Source: Psammoneis japonica (lineage: Eukaryota). Taken from it: a stretch of 52,598 nucleotides of DNA. The stretch is from positions 1-52,598 of the forward strand of contig QPGO01000336.1 of NCBI GenBank assembly GCA_008632985.1. Reading direction: 5' to 3'. Shown piece after piece: positions 1-10,262 of the stretch (positions within the stretch are counted from its first letter, which is position 1; the number at the start of each line of letters is the position of its first letter). The notes below the pieces were generated by a model that was given only the letters and a program-made list of their open reading frames with translations, was not told the DNA's origin and did not search any database. Both the position numbers and the translations under genes were made by a program.

Positions 1-649
1 CTGGCATGCTTTTTGCACAGAAGCTGCCCAAAAGCCAAGCACATCAGAGCCCACAATGTGGCGGCCATCACTTTCATTGGTTTTTGCCGCGCAGCTGCAT
101 TTTGTTGGTGTCATTCTTTTGATTGTGGCGCCAGTGCTTGAATGTTGTTTTCACAATGCAAGGTGTTTGACCTTTTCATGAGGATTTTATTTTGCCCATT
201 TGTGCTGATTGTTCATGCTCAAGCAACTCACATTTGCAAATGTTTTGTGACCAAAGCTTTGGGTGGTGACAACCCATGCTCCATGCCTTTGACAATTTGG
301 CTTTTGTGTTGGTTTGTGCTTTTTTGTTTTTGCCCCCCTCATGTGTCACAGCACACAATGCTGTCCACATCTGCCCAGTCACCTCTGTGTGTGCACGCAT
401 TTCCTTGTTGCTTCGCACCTTTTTCCAGAACTCTGTGACAGTTTCTCTGCTGTGTTCTCAGTCTTTTTTCTGCACACACCATTTCCTGCACATTTCACAA
501 CAACACACCCTCTCCCCAAAATCAATTTGACCAGAGTGTGCGATGTTGTGATTTGCTCACTTTCTGCATGTTCCGCGCAAACAGATGGCTGGCCACAGTG
601 ATCAACGTGCCCATCAGCGGAGGAGGNCCAACCCCAACCCCTCCTTTGT

Positions 650-1400
650 CTTTCCTGATGATGTCAATTTTGATGACACAGAACATTTCGCCAATGGCTT
701 CAATGGTTGAGTTTGTGCATCAGATCATTGCCGGTGAGGACCTCAATGACCCTGTCTCCGGCAAGCCTTGTTTCCATTTTTTTAGTGCAAAAATCTCAAA
801 TCTCTGATTGACGACTGAGCACAGGACCTTCGCGCTACAAAATTTGTTGTCAAAACAGCCGTGCATCCCATGTGGAGAAGGGTGGTGGAGTCGGGCAACA
901 CAAAGGTCATGGAGCTGGCCATGGCAAGCAACAAGGCACTGGCGCTGTTGGCATTGGAAAATTGCTGGAAGGTTTGGGAGCACAAATCCAAGCTGGAGGG
1001 AAAGGAAGAAGAGAGTGAAGAGGAGGAGAAGGAAACAAAACTGGCGCCCTTGCACACAGACCCACTGCATCAGCGCGACTCTTGGAAGGATGGGGAATGA
1101 AGCGATTCACTGCCCTGCTTGAGGAGTTGAAGGATGACAGGGCAAGTGAGCCGGGTGTGCAGCTCGACACATGGCACGCTGATGGAAAGAAAAAGGAGAG
1201 TGAGGGAAATGAAAAAAGAGCCAAACCACTGAAAAGCCAGCGGGGGTGGAGATGAGAATGCAAGCAACAACAGAGCTTTCTGGTGACAATGAGGACCATG
1301 AAGAGAAAACGGATGAACCAAGCAACAGAGGCAACAAGGAAGAAGATGAAGACAGCAAAGAAGACAACAATGACAAAGAACATGTGCAGACTGCAGTGCA
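650..1400 (+). pseudogene. Decayed ORF relic, acidic C-terminus, probably TE-associated
   Basis: Fragments ALALLALENCWKVW...PLHTD plus an acidic tail, broken by stops and frameshifts, in TA- and CG-depleted DNA. Family not securely recognised. Confidence 0.35.
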
Positions 1401-2165
1401 GGCCTGTTGCAACTTAAAAAATGCCAGACAACAGAGCATCAATTTGGCACTCATTGATGCACCATGGATGCATTCCAGCCCCAGGCGGGACTCCATGTTC
1501 CGCAGTGCCAGAAGTTGGTCAATGGATGCACCCATCTTCAACATCAAACAAATGGCCAAGCTTGTGGTGAAATTGTGCCTCTTGCCACTTGATGTTTTTG
1601 CAAGTGCACCTGCCCTGCACGACTCTCAAGACATTGCAGAATTGCGCTGAAACAAAAAATGTCAAGAGTTGTTGGAAGGATTGCTCAACAAGTGCACTGC
1701 AAAATGGGACCTTGCGCTGCTGAACTGTGACAACGACAGTTTTTGAATCATGTTGCATGTCAGGCACGTGGATTTCCACATGATTTTGGNNNNNNNNNNN
1801 NNNNNNNNNNNNNNNNNNNNNNNNNNNNNNNNNNNNNNNNNNNNNNNNNNNNNNNNNNNNNNNNNNNNNNNNNNNNNNNNNNNNNNNNNNNNNNNNNNNN
1901 NNNNNNNNNNNNNNNNNNNNNNNNNNNNNNNNNNNNNNNNNNNNNNNNNNNNNNNNNNNNNNNNNNNNNNNNNNNNNNNNNNNNNNNNNNNNNNNNNNNN
2001 NNNNNNNNNNNNNNNNNNNNNNNNNNNNNNNNNNNNNNNNNNNNNNNNNNNNNNNNNNNNNNNNNNNNNNNNNNNNNNNNNNNNNNNNNNNNNNNNNNNN
2101 NNNNNNNNNNNNNNNNNNNNNNNNNNNNNNNNNNNNNNNNNNNNNNNNNNNNNNNNNNNNNNNAA

Positions 2166-2344
2166 CGGCTGGTGCTGAGTCAACCGTTGTGACGTGTTAT
2201 CGGAGGGAAGCGTTGTTTTTCCCTCCAATGGCGCTCACTTGTTACGAGTAGTTGTAACAGGCCTAAGAGTATCTTTGGATCGTTAGATTGTTATCATACC
2301 AGTACTGTGAGTAGCTGAGCCACTCGGCAGCTGGATTTACTTGC
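2166..2344 (+). repeat. 5' LTR (3' part; start lost in N-gap)
   Basis: Ungapped 179-bp alignment to 8585-8763 with 12 substitutions. Confidence 0.9.
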
Positions 2345-2346
2345 TT

Positions 2347-2357
2347 TGTCAGAGCCA
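2347..2357 (+). other. Primer-binding site resembling tRNA-iMet PBS
   Basis: TGTCAGAGCCA sits immediately after the LTR end. It matches the canonical (TGG)TATCAGAGCCA with one TA>TG change; the leading TGG is absent. Confidence 0.6.
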
Positions 2358-2648
2358 CAGTCCGCACTCCGCGGTTTGGCGATGAAAAACGATGAATGAC
2401 GTGATTGTGACGGTCATGTCACGATGGCACGGTTTTGACGACGAATGCCAACTAACCTGAGGGTATTCACCGTTGAGTGATGCCTTCGCATCAGTGTATG
2501 CGCAAAGCAGTGGGAGATGAGGCCACATCTCCGCACTCTTGAGGCCTGCGCGCATCGTCAACGCGATTTTGTGAACGTCAAAGTTTTGATGCACTTCTTC
2601 TAACACAACTGCTTTGTCTTATGATGCTGTGATGACTCAAGTTTCACC

Positions 2649-3931
2649 ATGGCGGCAAACCCCCCGAACCCGATGGAAACGGCCCTTGCTTGGATCGGTT
2701 TCCAGTCACCTGCTCAGCGCAGCGCGATCATGACTGATGTCGCTGCGTTTGACGATGTCGTCGACATGAAGGAATCGGACATCGATGCGCTCGCGCAGTC
2801 TTACTCGAGGAGGACTGCTGCTGAGGGGCGTTTCCACTTTGGACCAGCTCGCACCCGTCGCCTCAAGTCCCTCATTCATTGGGTGCATGACTTCCAACGC
2901 GTTGGTGAAAATCCCACCATCGACGGTTTGGATCAGGCGCGTTTTTCTCGATGCGCCATCTGCTGCGTTGTCGAGGGCCGATGTTCGCAGCCAGATGAGG
3001 GATCAATCCAAGTCTGTTGCTCGTGAGGCATCCCCTGGACTCTTGGAGAGCGAAAAGGTCTGGGTAAAATGGAGTGCCGCTTTCAAGAACATGCTCAGCA
3101 CGATGCTGGGAGTCGACGGCGTTCCGTTGATTTGTGTCACACGCGAGAACGAGGAGCCCGAGCCTGAAGGGCATGAGACTTTTATGCAGAAGTCGGTTGC
3201 ATGCACTCCACTCGAGGGTCCAGCTTTCGAAGCTGATTCTCGCACCGTCAGCCAGCTAATCGTTTTGTTCACAAAAGGTGCCCCAAGCGAGCAGTGGATC
3301 AAAGAGCACCGCAACAGCCAGAACGGTCGTCTCTACTGCGAATCTTTGGAGAACCACTGTCAGGGCGAGGGCAATGCCACCCGTCGTATCTCAGAAGCTG
3401 AGCGTTTGGAAAACACTCTGCACTGCAGGAGTGAACGCTCCATGACGTTCGAAACGTTCGTGAACAAGCTTCAGGAGATGTTCAACATTTTCGAAGAGAA
3501 TGATGAACCCAAGATGGAGGCTCAGAAGCTGCGATTGCCACTCGACAAGGTGCAACACCAGCAGTTGCAGAACGCAGTGGAGACCCTGAAGGCGCAGAAT
3601 GAGTTTGGAGGAGGGATCAGTTTCCACCACAGCGTGCAACCATCTTGCCGCTAAAGTCGCCACCCTCCCGGAAACAGTTGCGCACCGTCGTGCGATTTCC
3701 TCTGTTGTGTCCGGCGTCAGCAAGGAAGGTGATTCCATTTACAAAGAAGATGGGTCCATTGACACCGGATTTCATAAAAATTGGCATCAATTGAGCAAGG
3801 AAGACAAGAAGAAGGTCATGGATGAGCGTGTGCGTTTGGGACTCAAGAAGAAGCCGGGTGACCCGAAGCGCCGCGCTGCATCCGTCAGATCACTTAAAAA
3901 AGAAGAATCAGAAGCTGACGTCCCAGCTTGA
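2649..3931 (+). pseudogene. Copia gag, frameshifted
   Basis: Overlapping ORFs 2649-3026, 2785-3654 and 3599-3931 join into one gag-like protein (GVDGVPL.CV.RE, PLEGPAFEAD, L.CRSERSMTFE.F) downstream of the PBS. Confidence 0.8.
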
Positions 3932-4116
3932 GCAAGCGAACTGCACTGTTTTCTTCCTTGGAGACCACTGCCGGCACCGATTCCGGAAACGTTGGTGCAG
4001 GAACTGGCGGTCGAGGCGGCAACAATGCCGGAGACGCATTTGGGGGGCACCAGGAGCGTCAGCGACGCAGCTGACTCCCAAGCTGGACCCTGCTTTGTGG
4101 CCTCATCCAGTTTGCA

Positions 4117-7100
4117 TTGTGGCCACTTCATTGGGGCGGGGGCCAGCCGTGTCGTTCGAAAGAAACGTTGGTTCATGGGGACTGTCGTTGCATTTGTGAA
4201 ATTGCTGCTTCCACACGACGAGTCTCTGCGGCACGGACTAACACGCGTGCCACTCACGTCCGAACAGACGATCAGGTAAAGCATGGACGACTAGAATTGG
4301 ATTCACATGCTGACACTGCTGTTTTTGGTTCGAACTTTACCCTCTTGGGTTACACTGGAAGAGAATGCGACGCATCGCCTTGTGACGAGGGATGCGAAGC
4401 CATCAAGAGTGTCCCAATCGCATCGGCGGCCACTGCGTGGACCTCACCAGCGATGGGAGCAACGCACATCCTGGTGTTCCATGAGGGGCTTTGGATGGCA
4501 GATTCCATGGAGAATTCTCTCCTTGACCCGAATCAGATGAGGCATTTTGGTGTCACGGTTCAGGATGACCCCTGTTCCGAGTTGCCGTTGCATGTCCTTA
4601 CGGAGGACAAGGGATTTATGCTACCTCTCGAGTTGATGGGAACTGGTGTCGTTGCGGCCACTCGGACCCCCACTGACAGGGAGCTCCAAGAGTGCCCACA
4701 CATCCAGTTGACCTCCCAACAACCTTGGGATCCACACAACGTCAAGTTTAAGCAGCCCAGACCTCGACGTTCTGTGGAGGAGGAAATGGAGTTGATTCGG
4801 TCGGTCGCAAGTGTTCGGTCAAGCCCCAGCTGCGCGTTTGGTCAGGATCCTGATTGTGGCAACCCTCAGTCCGGGGGCTGTTGTGATGGGAGACTTGTCT
4901 GCTGTGTGGACCAAGTTCAATCAAGATTGATGGCGTTAGTCCAGGTGGAAGCGGATGTTCAGATCGCGGCCACTGAGACGATCGGCTCGGAACTCGAAGA
5001 CGCGCCGTCCCCGAAGACTTTCATGTCCAAGGAACGGCACAGTTCTGTCACCGCTGTTGACTTGAGCGAGCGCTGGGGCATTGGATTGAAACAAGNNNNN
5101 NNNNNNNNNNNNNNNNNNNNNNNNNNNNNNNNNNNNNNNNNNNNNNNNNNNNNNNNNNNNNNNNNNNNNNNNNNNNNNNNNNNNNNNNNNNNNNNNNNNN
5201 NNNNNNNNNNNNNNNNNNNNNNNNNNNNNNNNNNNNNNNNNNNNNNNNNNNNNNNNNNNNNNNNNNNNNNNNNNNNNNNNNNNNNNNNNNNNNNNNNNNN
5301 NNNNNNNNNNNNNNNNNNNNNNNNNNNNNNNNNNNNNNNNNNNNNNNNNNNNNNNNNNNNNNNNNNNNNNNNNNNNNNNNNNNNNNNNNNNNNNNNNNNN
5401 NNNNNNNNNNNNNNNNNNNNNNNNNNNNNNNNNNNNNNNNNNNNNNNNNNNNNNNNNNNNNNNNNNNNNNNNNNNNNNNNNNNNNNNNNNNNNNNNNNNN
5501 NNNNNNNNNNNNNNNNNNNNNNNNNNNNNNNNNNNNNNNNNNNNNNNNNNNNNNNNNNNNNNNNNNNNNNNNNNNNNNNNNNNNNNNNNNNNNNNNNNNN
5601 NNNNNNNNNNNNNNNNNNNNNNNNNNNNNNNNNNNNNNNNNNNNNNNNNNNNNNNNNNNNNNNNNNNNNNNNNNNNNNNNNNNNNNNNNNCCTTGACTTC
5701 GGATTCTACGATCGGGTTTGGCACAGGGAGAATGCTGGTCTTGGTGACCAGAAGCTCGGCAGGTGGCTCGGAGTGTCCCACCGGATTGGCAGTCTAATGT
5801 CACATTACGTGTTGACGCAAACCGGTCATGTCATGTCGCGGACATCTGTTCAGCGAGTCACCAACTTGGAAGCTGGCACTCAAGAGAATCAAGATCGGTT
5901 CAAGGCTTTTGACGAGGAGATCCAGCGCAGACTTCGTGACCAAGATTTTCCCGAAGACGAAGAGCGCAGGATCAGCCCCGAAGACTGGAAGGACTGTCTT
6001 GGGTGTGACGATGAATTCCTCGACGAGTGCGATCGCGTCATCAGTTCTGAAGATGTGTCAAACAAGGACGACGACAAGAAAGACGAGGAAGCCTCCCCGG
6101 AAGCGGCGGATTGGTGTCACCTCAATGTGGAATTGGCTTTGCCGAGAGATGATGATGGTCCCGAGTTCGCGCGCGCAACGAAGAGGTTGAGGGATGCGAA
6201 CGGCATTCCCATTGGGACAGCCAACGACAACCCAATCCCAGATGCTCGAATGCATCAGGTGGAGCATCCCGATGGTCACACTGCAGCACTCTCAGCTAAC
6301 TCTGTTGCCATGAATGTGTTCGCACAGATTGACGAGGACGGAAATCGGCATGTTCTGTTCGACGAGATTGTGGACTTCTGTGCGAATGGGGACGTCCCGG
6401 AATCCGATTTCTTTGAAACTGAGCAAGGCAACAAGAGGCGACGCAGGACCACGAAAGGATGGGAACTCTTGTTCCAATGGAAGGATGGCAGCACTGCTTG
6501 GGTTGACCTGAAGGACGCGAAGGAAGGATTCCCTGTCCAGGTCGCCGAGTTCGCCATCCAACGCAAGATCTCGAAGGAGCCGGCGTTTGCTTGGTGGGTT
6601 CCGCACGCAATGAGGACCCGCAAGCGTTCTTGTTGCGAAGGTCAAGTCGAAGCATTGGTTGAGAACCCATGAATTTGGTGTGCGAATTCCCAAGACTGTG
6701 AAGGAGGCACTGGAGCTCGATTGTGCGAACGGCAACACCTCATGGCATGACGCCATTTGCTTGGAAATGAAGAATGTTCGAGTTGCGTTCGACAAGTTCG
6801 AGGGGGACGAAACGGAACTGCCTCCTGGGTGCCAACAAATCGACTGTCACATGATTTTTGATGTCAAGTTGGGAGAGAACTTTCGGCGCAAGAGTGGGAT
6901 GGTTGCGGGTGGTCACATGACCGACACCCCAACTGCCATCACCTGCTCCTCAGTTGTTTCCAGGGATTCGGCAAGGATTGCTCTTGCACTTGCCGCGCTC
7001 AATGACTTGCAAGTCTTTGCCTGCAACATCCAGAATGCCCACTTGACAGCGCCGTGCCGAGAGAAAATTTGGACTCGTGCCGGTGAAGAGTTTGGCGCGG

Positions 7101-8369
7101 AACGCGGTGAGATTGTGATTGCAGTCAGGGCACTCTACGGATTAAAGAGCTCCGGCGCGGCATTCAGGGCCTTCCTGGCGGAGACGCTTTGTGATCTAGG
7201 ACACAAGCCCAGCAAGGCTGATCCCGACGTTTGGATGAGGCCTGCAGTGAAGCCAGACGGATTCGAGCACTACGAGTGCATCTTGGTGTGCGTCGACGAC
7301 TCACTGTCGATCAGTCATGAGCCGATGAAGACTGTGGATGGCATCAAGTCGAAGTTCAAGCTCAAAGACGATAAAGCAGCGGAACCCGAATCCCACTTGG
7401 GTGCCAAATTGTCGAAGATGGACCTTGCTGACGGCACTGCCTGCTGGACGATGTCAGCAGAAGAATGCTGCAAGGCGGCGGTCCGGAACGTTGAGGACAA
7501 ATTGGCCAAGGAAGGAAAACGGCTACCGAGTAAAGCACACACACCTTTGAGCAGCGGATGCAAGCCGGAGTTGGACACTTCAGGCGAACTGGATGCAGAA
7601 GGCCTCAACTGCTGCCAAGAGCTGATTGGCGTTTTGATTTGGGCCGTGGAATTGGGCAGGGTCAACATCATTTTGGAAGTGTCAAACATGTCGGCTCACC
7701 TTGCCTTGCCGCGCATTGGTCACTTGGAACAGGNNNNNNNNNNNTTTGCATGCCCCCAAACAGGTCCCAAAGCGTCGGGTGGCGTTCGATCCTACGCATC
7801 CGGTCATCGACGAGTCTAGGTTCAAGGAGTGCGATTGGCTCGACTTCTGCCGAGACGCGCAAGAGGCGATTCCCCCCAACATGCCACCACCTCGAGGTGA
7901 CATTGTGTCTGCTCATTGTTTCGTGGATGCCAACCATGCTGGTGACGTTTCAACTCGCCGCAGTCATGCAGGCACTCTGATGTTCCTGTGCCGAGCACCC
8001 ACAATCTGGCACTCGAAGAGACAGAACACCGTGGAGACCAGTGCTTTTGGCGCCGAGATCGTGGCACTCAAGGTCACGGTGGAACTCATTGAAGGTCTGA
8101 GGTGCAAGCTTTGAATGTTTGGAGTTCCTGTTGAAGGTTCTACGAACGTGTTCTGTGACAATGAAGCAGTGTACAAGAATTGCTCCATCCCGGAGTCTGC
8201 TCTCAAGAAGAAGCATCATTCCATTGCATGCCATCGCAACAGGGAAGCTGTTGCTGCGGGGACTGTTCACTTGGCAAAGGAGGATGCGGAAACCAACCTC
8301 GCGGATTTGTTCACGAAGGTCATGACTTCGATTCGTCGCAATTTCCTGTTGGACAAGTTCACTTGTTGA
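4117..8369 (+). pseudogene. Copia pol (PR-INT-RT-RNaseH), frameshifted, premature stop, Tyr-eroded
   Basis: ORFs 4117-6672, 6659-7819, 7701-8114 and 8115-8369. Motifs include DSHADT, LGRWLGVSHRIG, CHMIFDVK, ALYGLKSSG, CVDD, SKRQNTVETS. An in-frame TGA falls at LRCKL*MFG (probably CGA>TGA). Confidence 0.93.
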
Positions 8370-8530
8370 ATTGGCGGCAAATGGGGTTTGGATTTTTGGG
8401 AATCGGGTCGGTGGTGATTTTCTTCCCCAGTGAGGGTTTACACCATGGCCAGCACGGAGTGTCAATGTGGTTGATTGCATTGGTTGAATTGTGTCTGTCA
8501 AGCACGCCCTTGGCTTGTTAGAAACATTTC

Positions 8531-8547
8531 AAGGGGACCGAAAGAAA
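8531..8547 (+). other. Putative polypurine tract / 3' LTR start
   Basis: AAGGGGACCGAAAGAAA lies ~160 bp after the RNase H stop and just upstream of the region homologous to the 5' LTR. Confidence 0.5.
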
Positions 8548-8763
8548 TCCGATGTGTCGGATTTAGTTAGAGTGCTGTTGGTGGCGGCTGGTGCTGAGTC
8601 AACCGTTGTGACGTGTTGTCGGAGGGAAGCATTGTTTTTCCCTCCAATGGCGCTCACTTGTTACGAGCAGTTGCAACAGGCCTAAGAGTGTCTTTGGATC
8701 GTCAGATTGTCATCACACCAGTGCTGTGAGTGACTGAGCCACTCGGCAGCTGGATTTGCTTGC
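8539..8763 (+). repeat. 3' LTR
   Basis: 8585-8763 aligns to the 5' LTR. The start is inferred from the PPT and an imperfect terminal inverted repeat (GAAAGAAATCC ... GGATTTRCTTGC). Confidence 0.8.
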
Positions 8764-9694
8764 GATGTGGAGATGCCAGATGCCCACCGCGGATGCACTT
8801 CCAGTCAGCGCGATGGCGCCGCTGTTCAACCGCAGTGTTGCTGTGATCTGGGTCTCTGCCAGTGGAAAATGCAAGGAAACTGAGCTTGCAGGGATGGGAA
8901 GACTTGCTGGCGTGTTGCTCCCTTTCCATTCCCAAGCTGCAATGGCATGACCAGAGGGAGGGAGAGGAGGGAGCACTTTTAACCTGGTGTTCACACTGCT
9001 CAACTTGTTGCCGCTGCTGCTGCAGCGAAACTCGCCACCCCCCTCTTACAAAGAGCGAGAGAGAGCAGCAGCGGCAGCGCTGGTTTGCCAACTTGCTCAC
9101 ATTCAATTGGTGATGAGAGGGGTGTCAGGGGGTTGTGAGCTCAACTGGCAATGAGGAATGAGGCATCTCCCCTTGTCTGTGTCTTGATGGCCAGGCTGGA
9201 AACTGGCATCACTTCATCCGACCTCTTGTGGTGATCTGGTGCTCCAAGGGTCTCGAGGGAGCTGAGCTTGCAGGGATGGGAAGACTTTGTCATTGACCCT
9301 TTTCCCTCCAAATCTGGAGTGGCATGGATGCTCCAGTGACGTGCACATGCAGTGCAAGGCAAGGCACACACCAGAGGGCAGCGTTTGGGAGGGCAGGGCA
9401 GGCCTGGCCTGGCTGGGCGGCTGTGGCAAGGCAAAGCAGTGTGCCACACAGCTGAGAAGGCTCTTGGCTTGGTGGCAAGTTGAGCCTTGGCATCAGGGTG
9501 AAGAACAAAACTGTCACCAGCCAATGAGCAAAAGTTCACTGCAGAGTTGGGGGTTTCAGAATTCTCGCGTGCTTTGTGGGGGCAATGTGTGTCATCCAGG
9601 AGGGGTCACAACTGCACAAGGGTTGGAAAAGTGTCACCTGGGTTGCATCAAAGACCTTCATTGCCCTCAGCCTGCTGTTCTTGGGTTGGTTGGT

Positions 9695-10262
9695 GCTTTT
9701 GCAGTGTCCTTTCACTGTGGTGTGTTGGGATTTTCAAGTCTCAGCCTTTCTGAGGCAAAGTGGCTGCTGGGGTGGCACAGCTGCATGAGGGTGGCCTTGC
9801 AACCCTCAACGACAGATCTCCAAGTGTCGCATGTGGTCTTGAAAAGACCCTCAATGCCCTCAGACTGCAGTTGTTGGGTTTGCTGGTCTCGCCATGGCAG
9901 TGTCCTTTCACAGCTGAGTTGGGATTTTCAAGTCTTACCCTCTTTGTCCTTGCAAGCTTCAAAACCACAGTTCTCAACACATTGCCTTGGGTGTCCACCC
10001 TGCAGCTCTCAGGTTGGTGGGTGCCACCATCATGTCCTTTTGCTGTGTGGAGCTGGGGAATCCAAGTCTTGCTCTTTGTGAGGTGAAGCAACAGGGGGGG
10101 GGGGGGGGGCAAAAACTGCTGCGCACACAAGGCCACCAGCAATGCTCTTGGCCACAGCTCTCAAACCCCACAATGCCCACAGGCTGCTGTTCTTGGATTG
10201 GCCAGTCCCCTCCATTGTGTCCTTTCACAGTGCAAGGTTTGAGTCTTGTCTTTCTTGTGAGG
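9695..10262. repeat. Degenerate dispersed-tandem repeat (4 copies of a GTGTCCTTTCAC...TT.CAAGTCT core)
   Basis: Core copies near 9701, 9897, 10031 and 10213. Confidence 0.6.

Larger units (their letters stand above)
2166..8763 (+). mobile_element. Ty1/copia LTR retrotransposon (diatom CoDi-like), inactivated; 5' LTR truncated by gap 1790-2163, integrase core inside gap 5096-5690
   Basis: Direct repeats 2166-2344 and 8585-8763. PBS-like site after the first repeat. Gag, protease (LELDSHADT), RT (RALYGLKSSG, xVDD) and RNase H (FVDANHAG..RRS, FCDNEAV, NLADLFTK) lie in Copia order. Confidence 0.95.

Noticed and set aside
4117..8369. Alternative genetic code (TGY/CAY read as Tyr)
   Set aside because: Neighbouring host genes use TAY normally, and the same change occurs in non-coding LTR DNA.
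2166..8763. Classical fungal RIP or simple 5mC deamination as the explanation
   Set aside because: Those are C>T changes, and RIP creates TpA. Here TpA is consumed and CpG is largely retained in the Copia.
2166..8763. ADAR-type A-to-I editing of retrotransposon RNA
   Set aside because: Editing would be one-stranded. Changes here split 5:5 between strands and also affect a DNA transposon and a host-gene relic.
10094..10109. 16-nt G run as a functional G-quadruplex
   Set aside because: Isolated homopolymer in decayed DNA; its length is unreliable.
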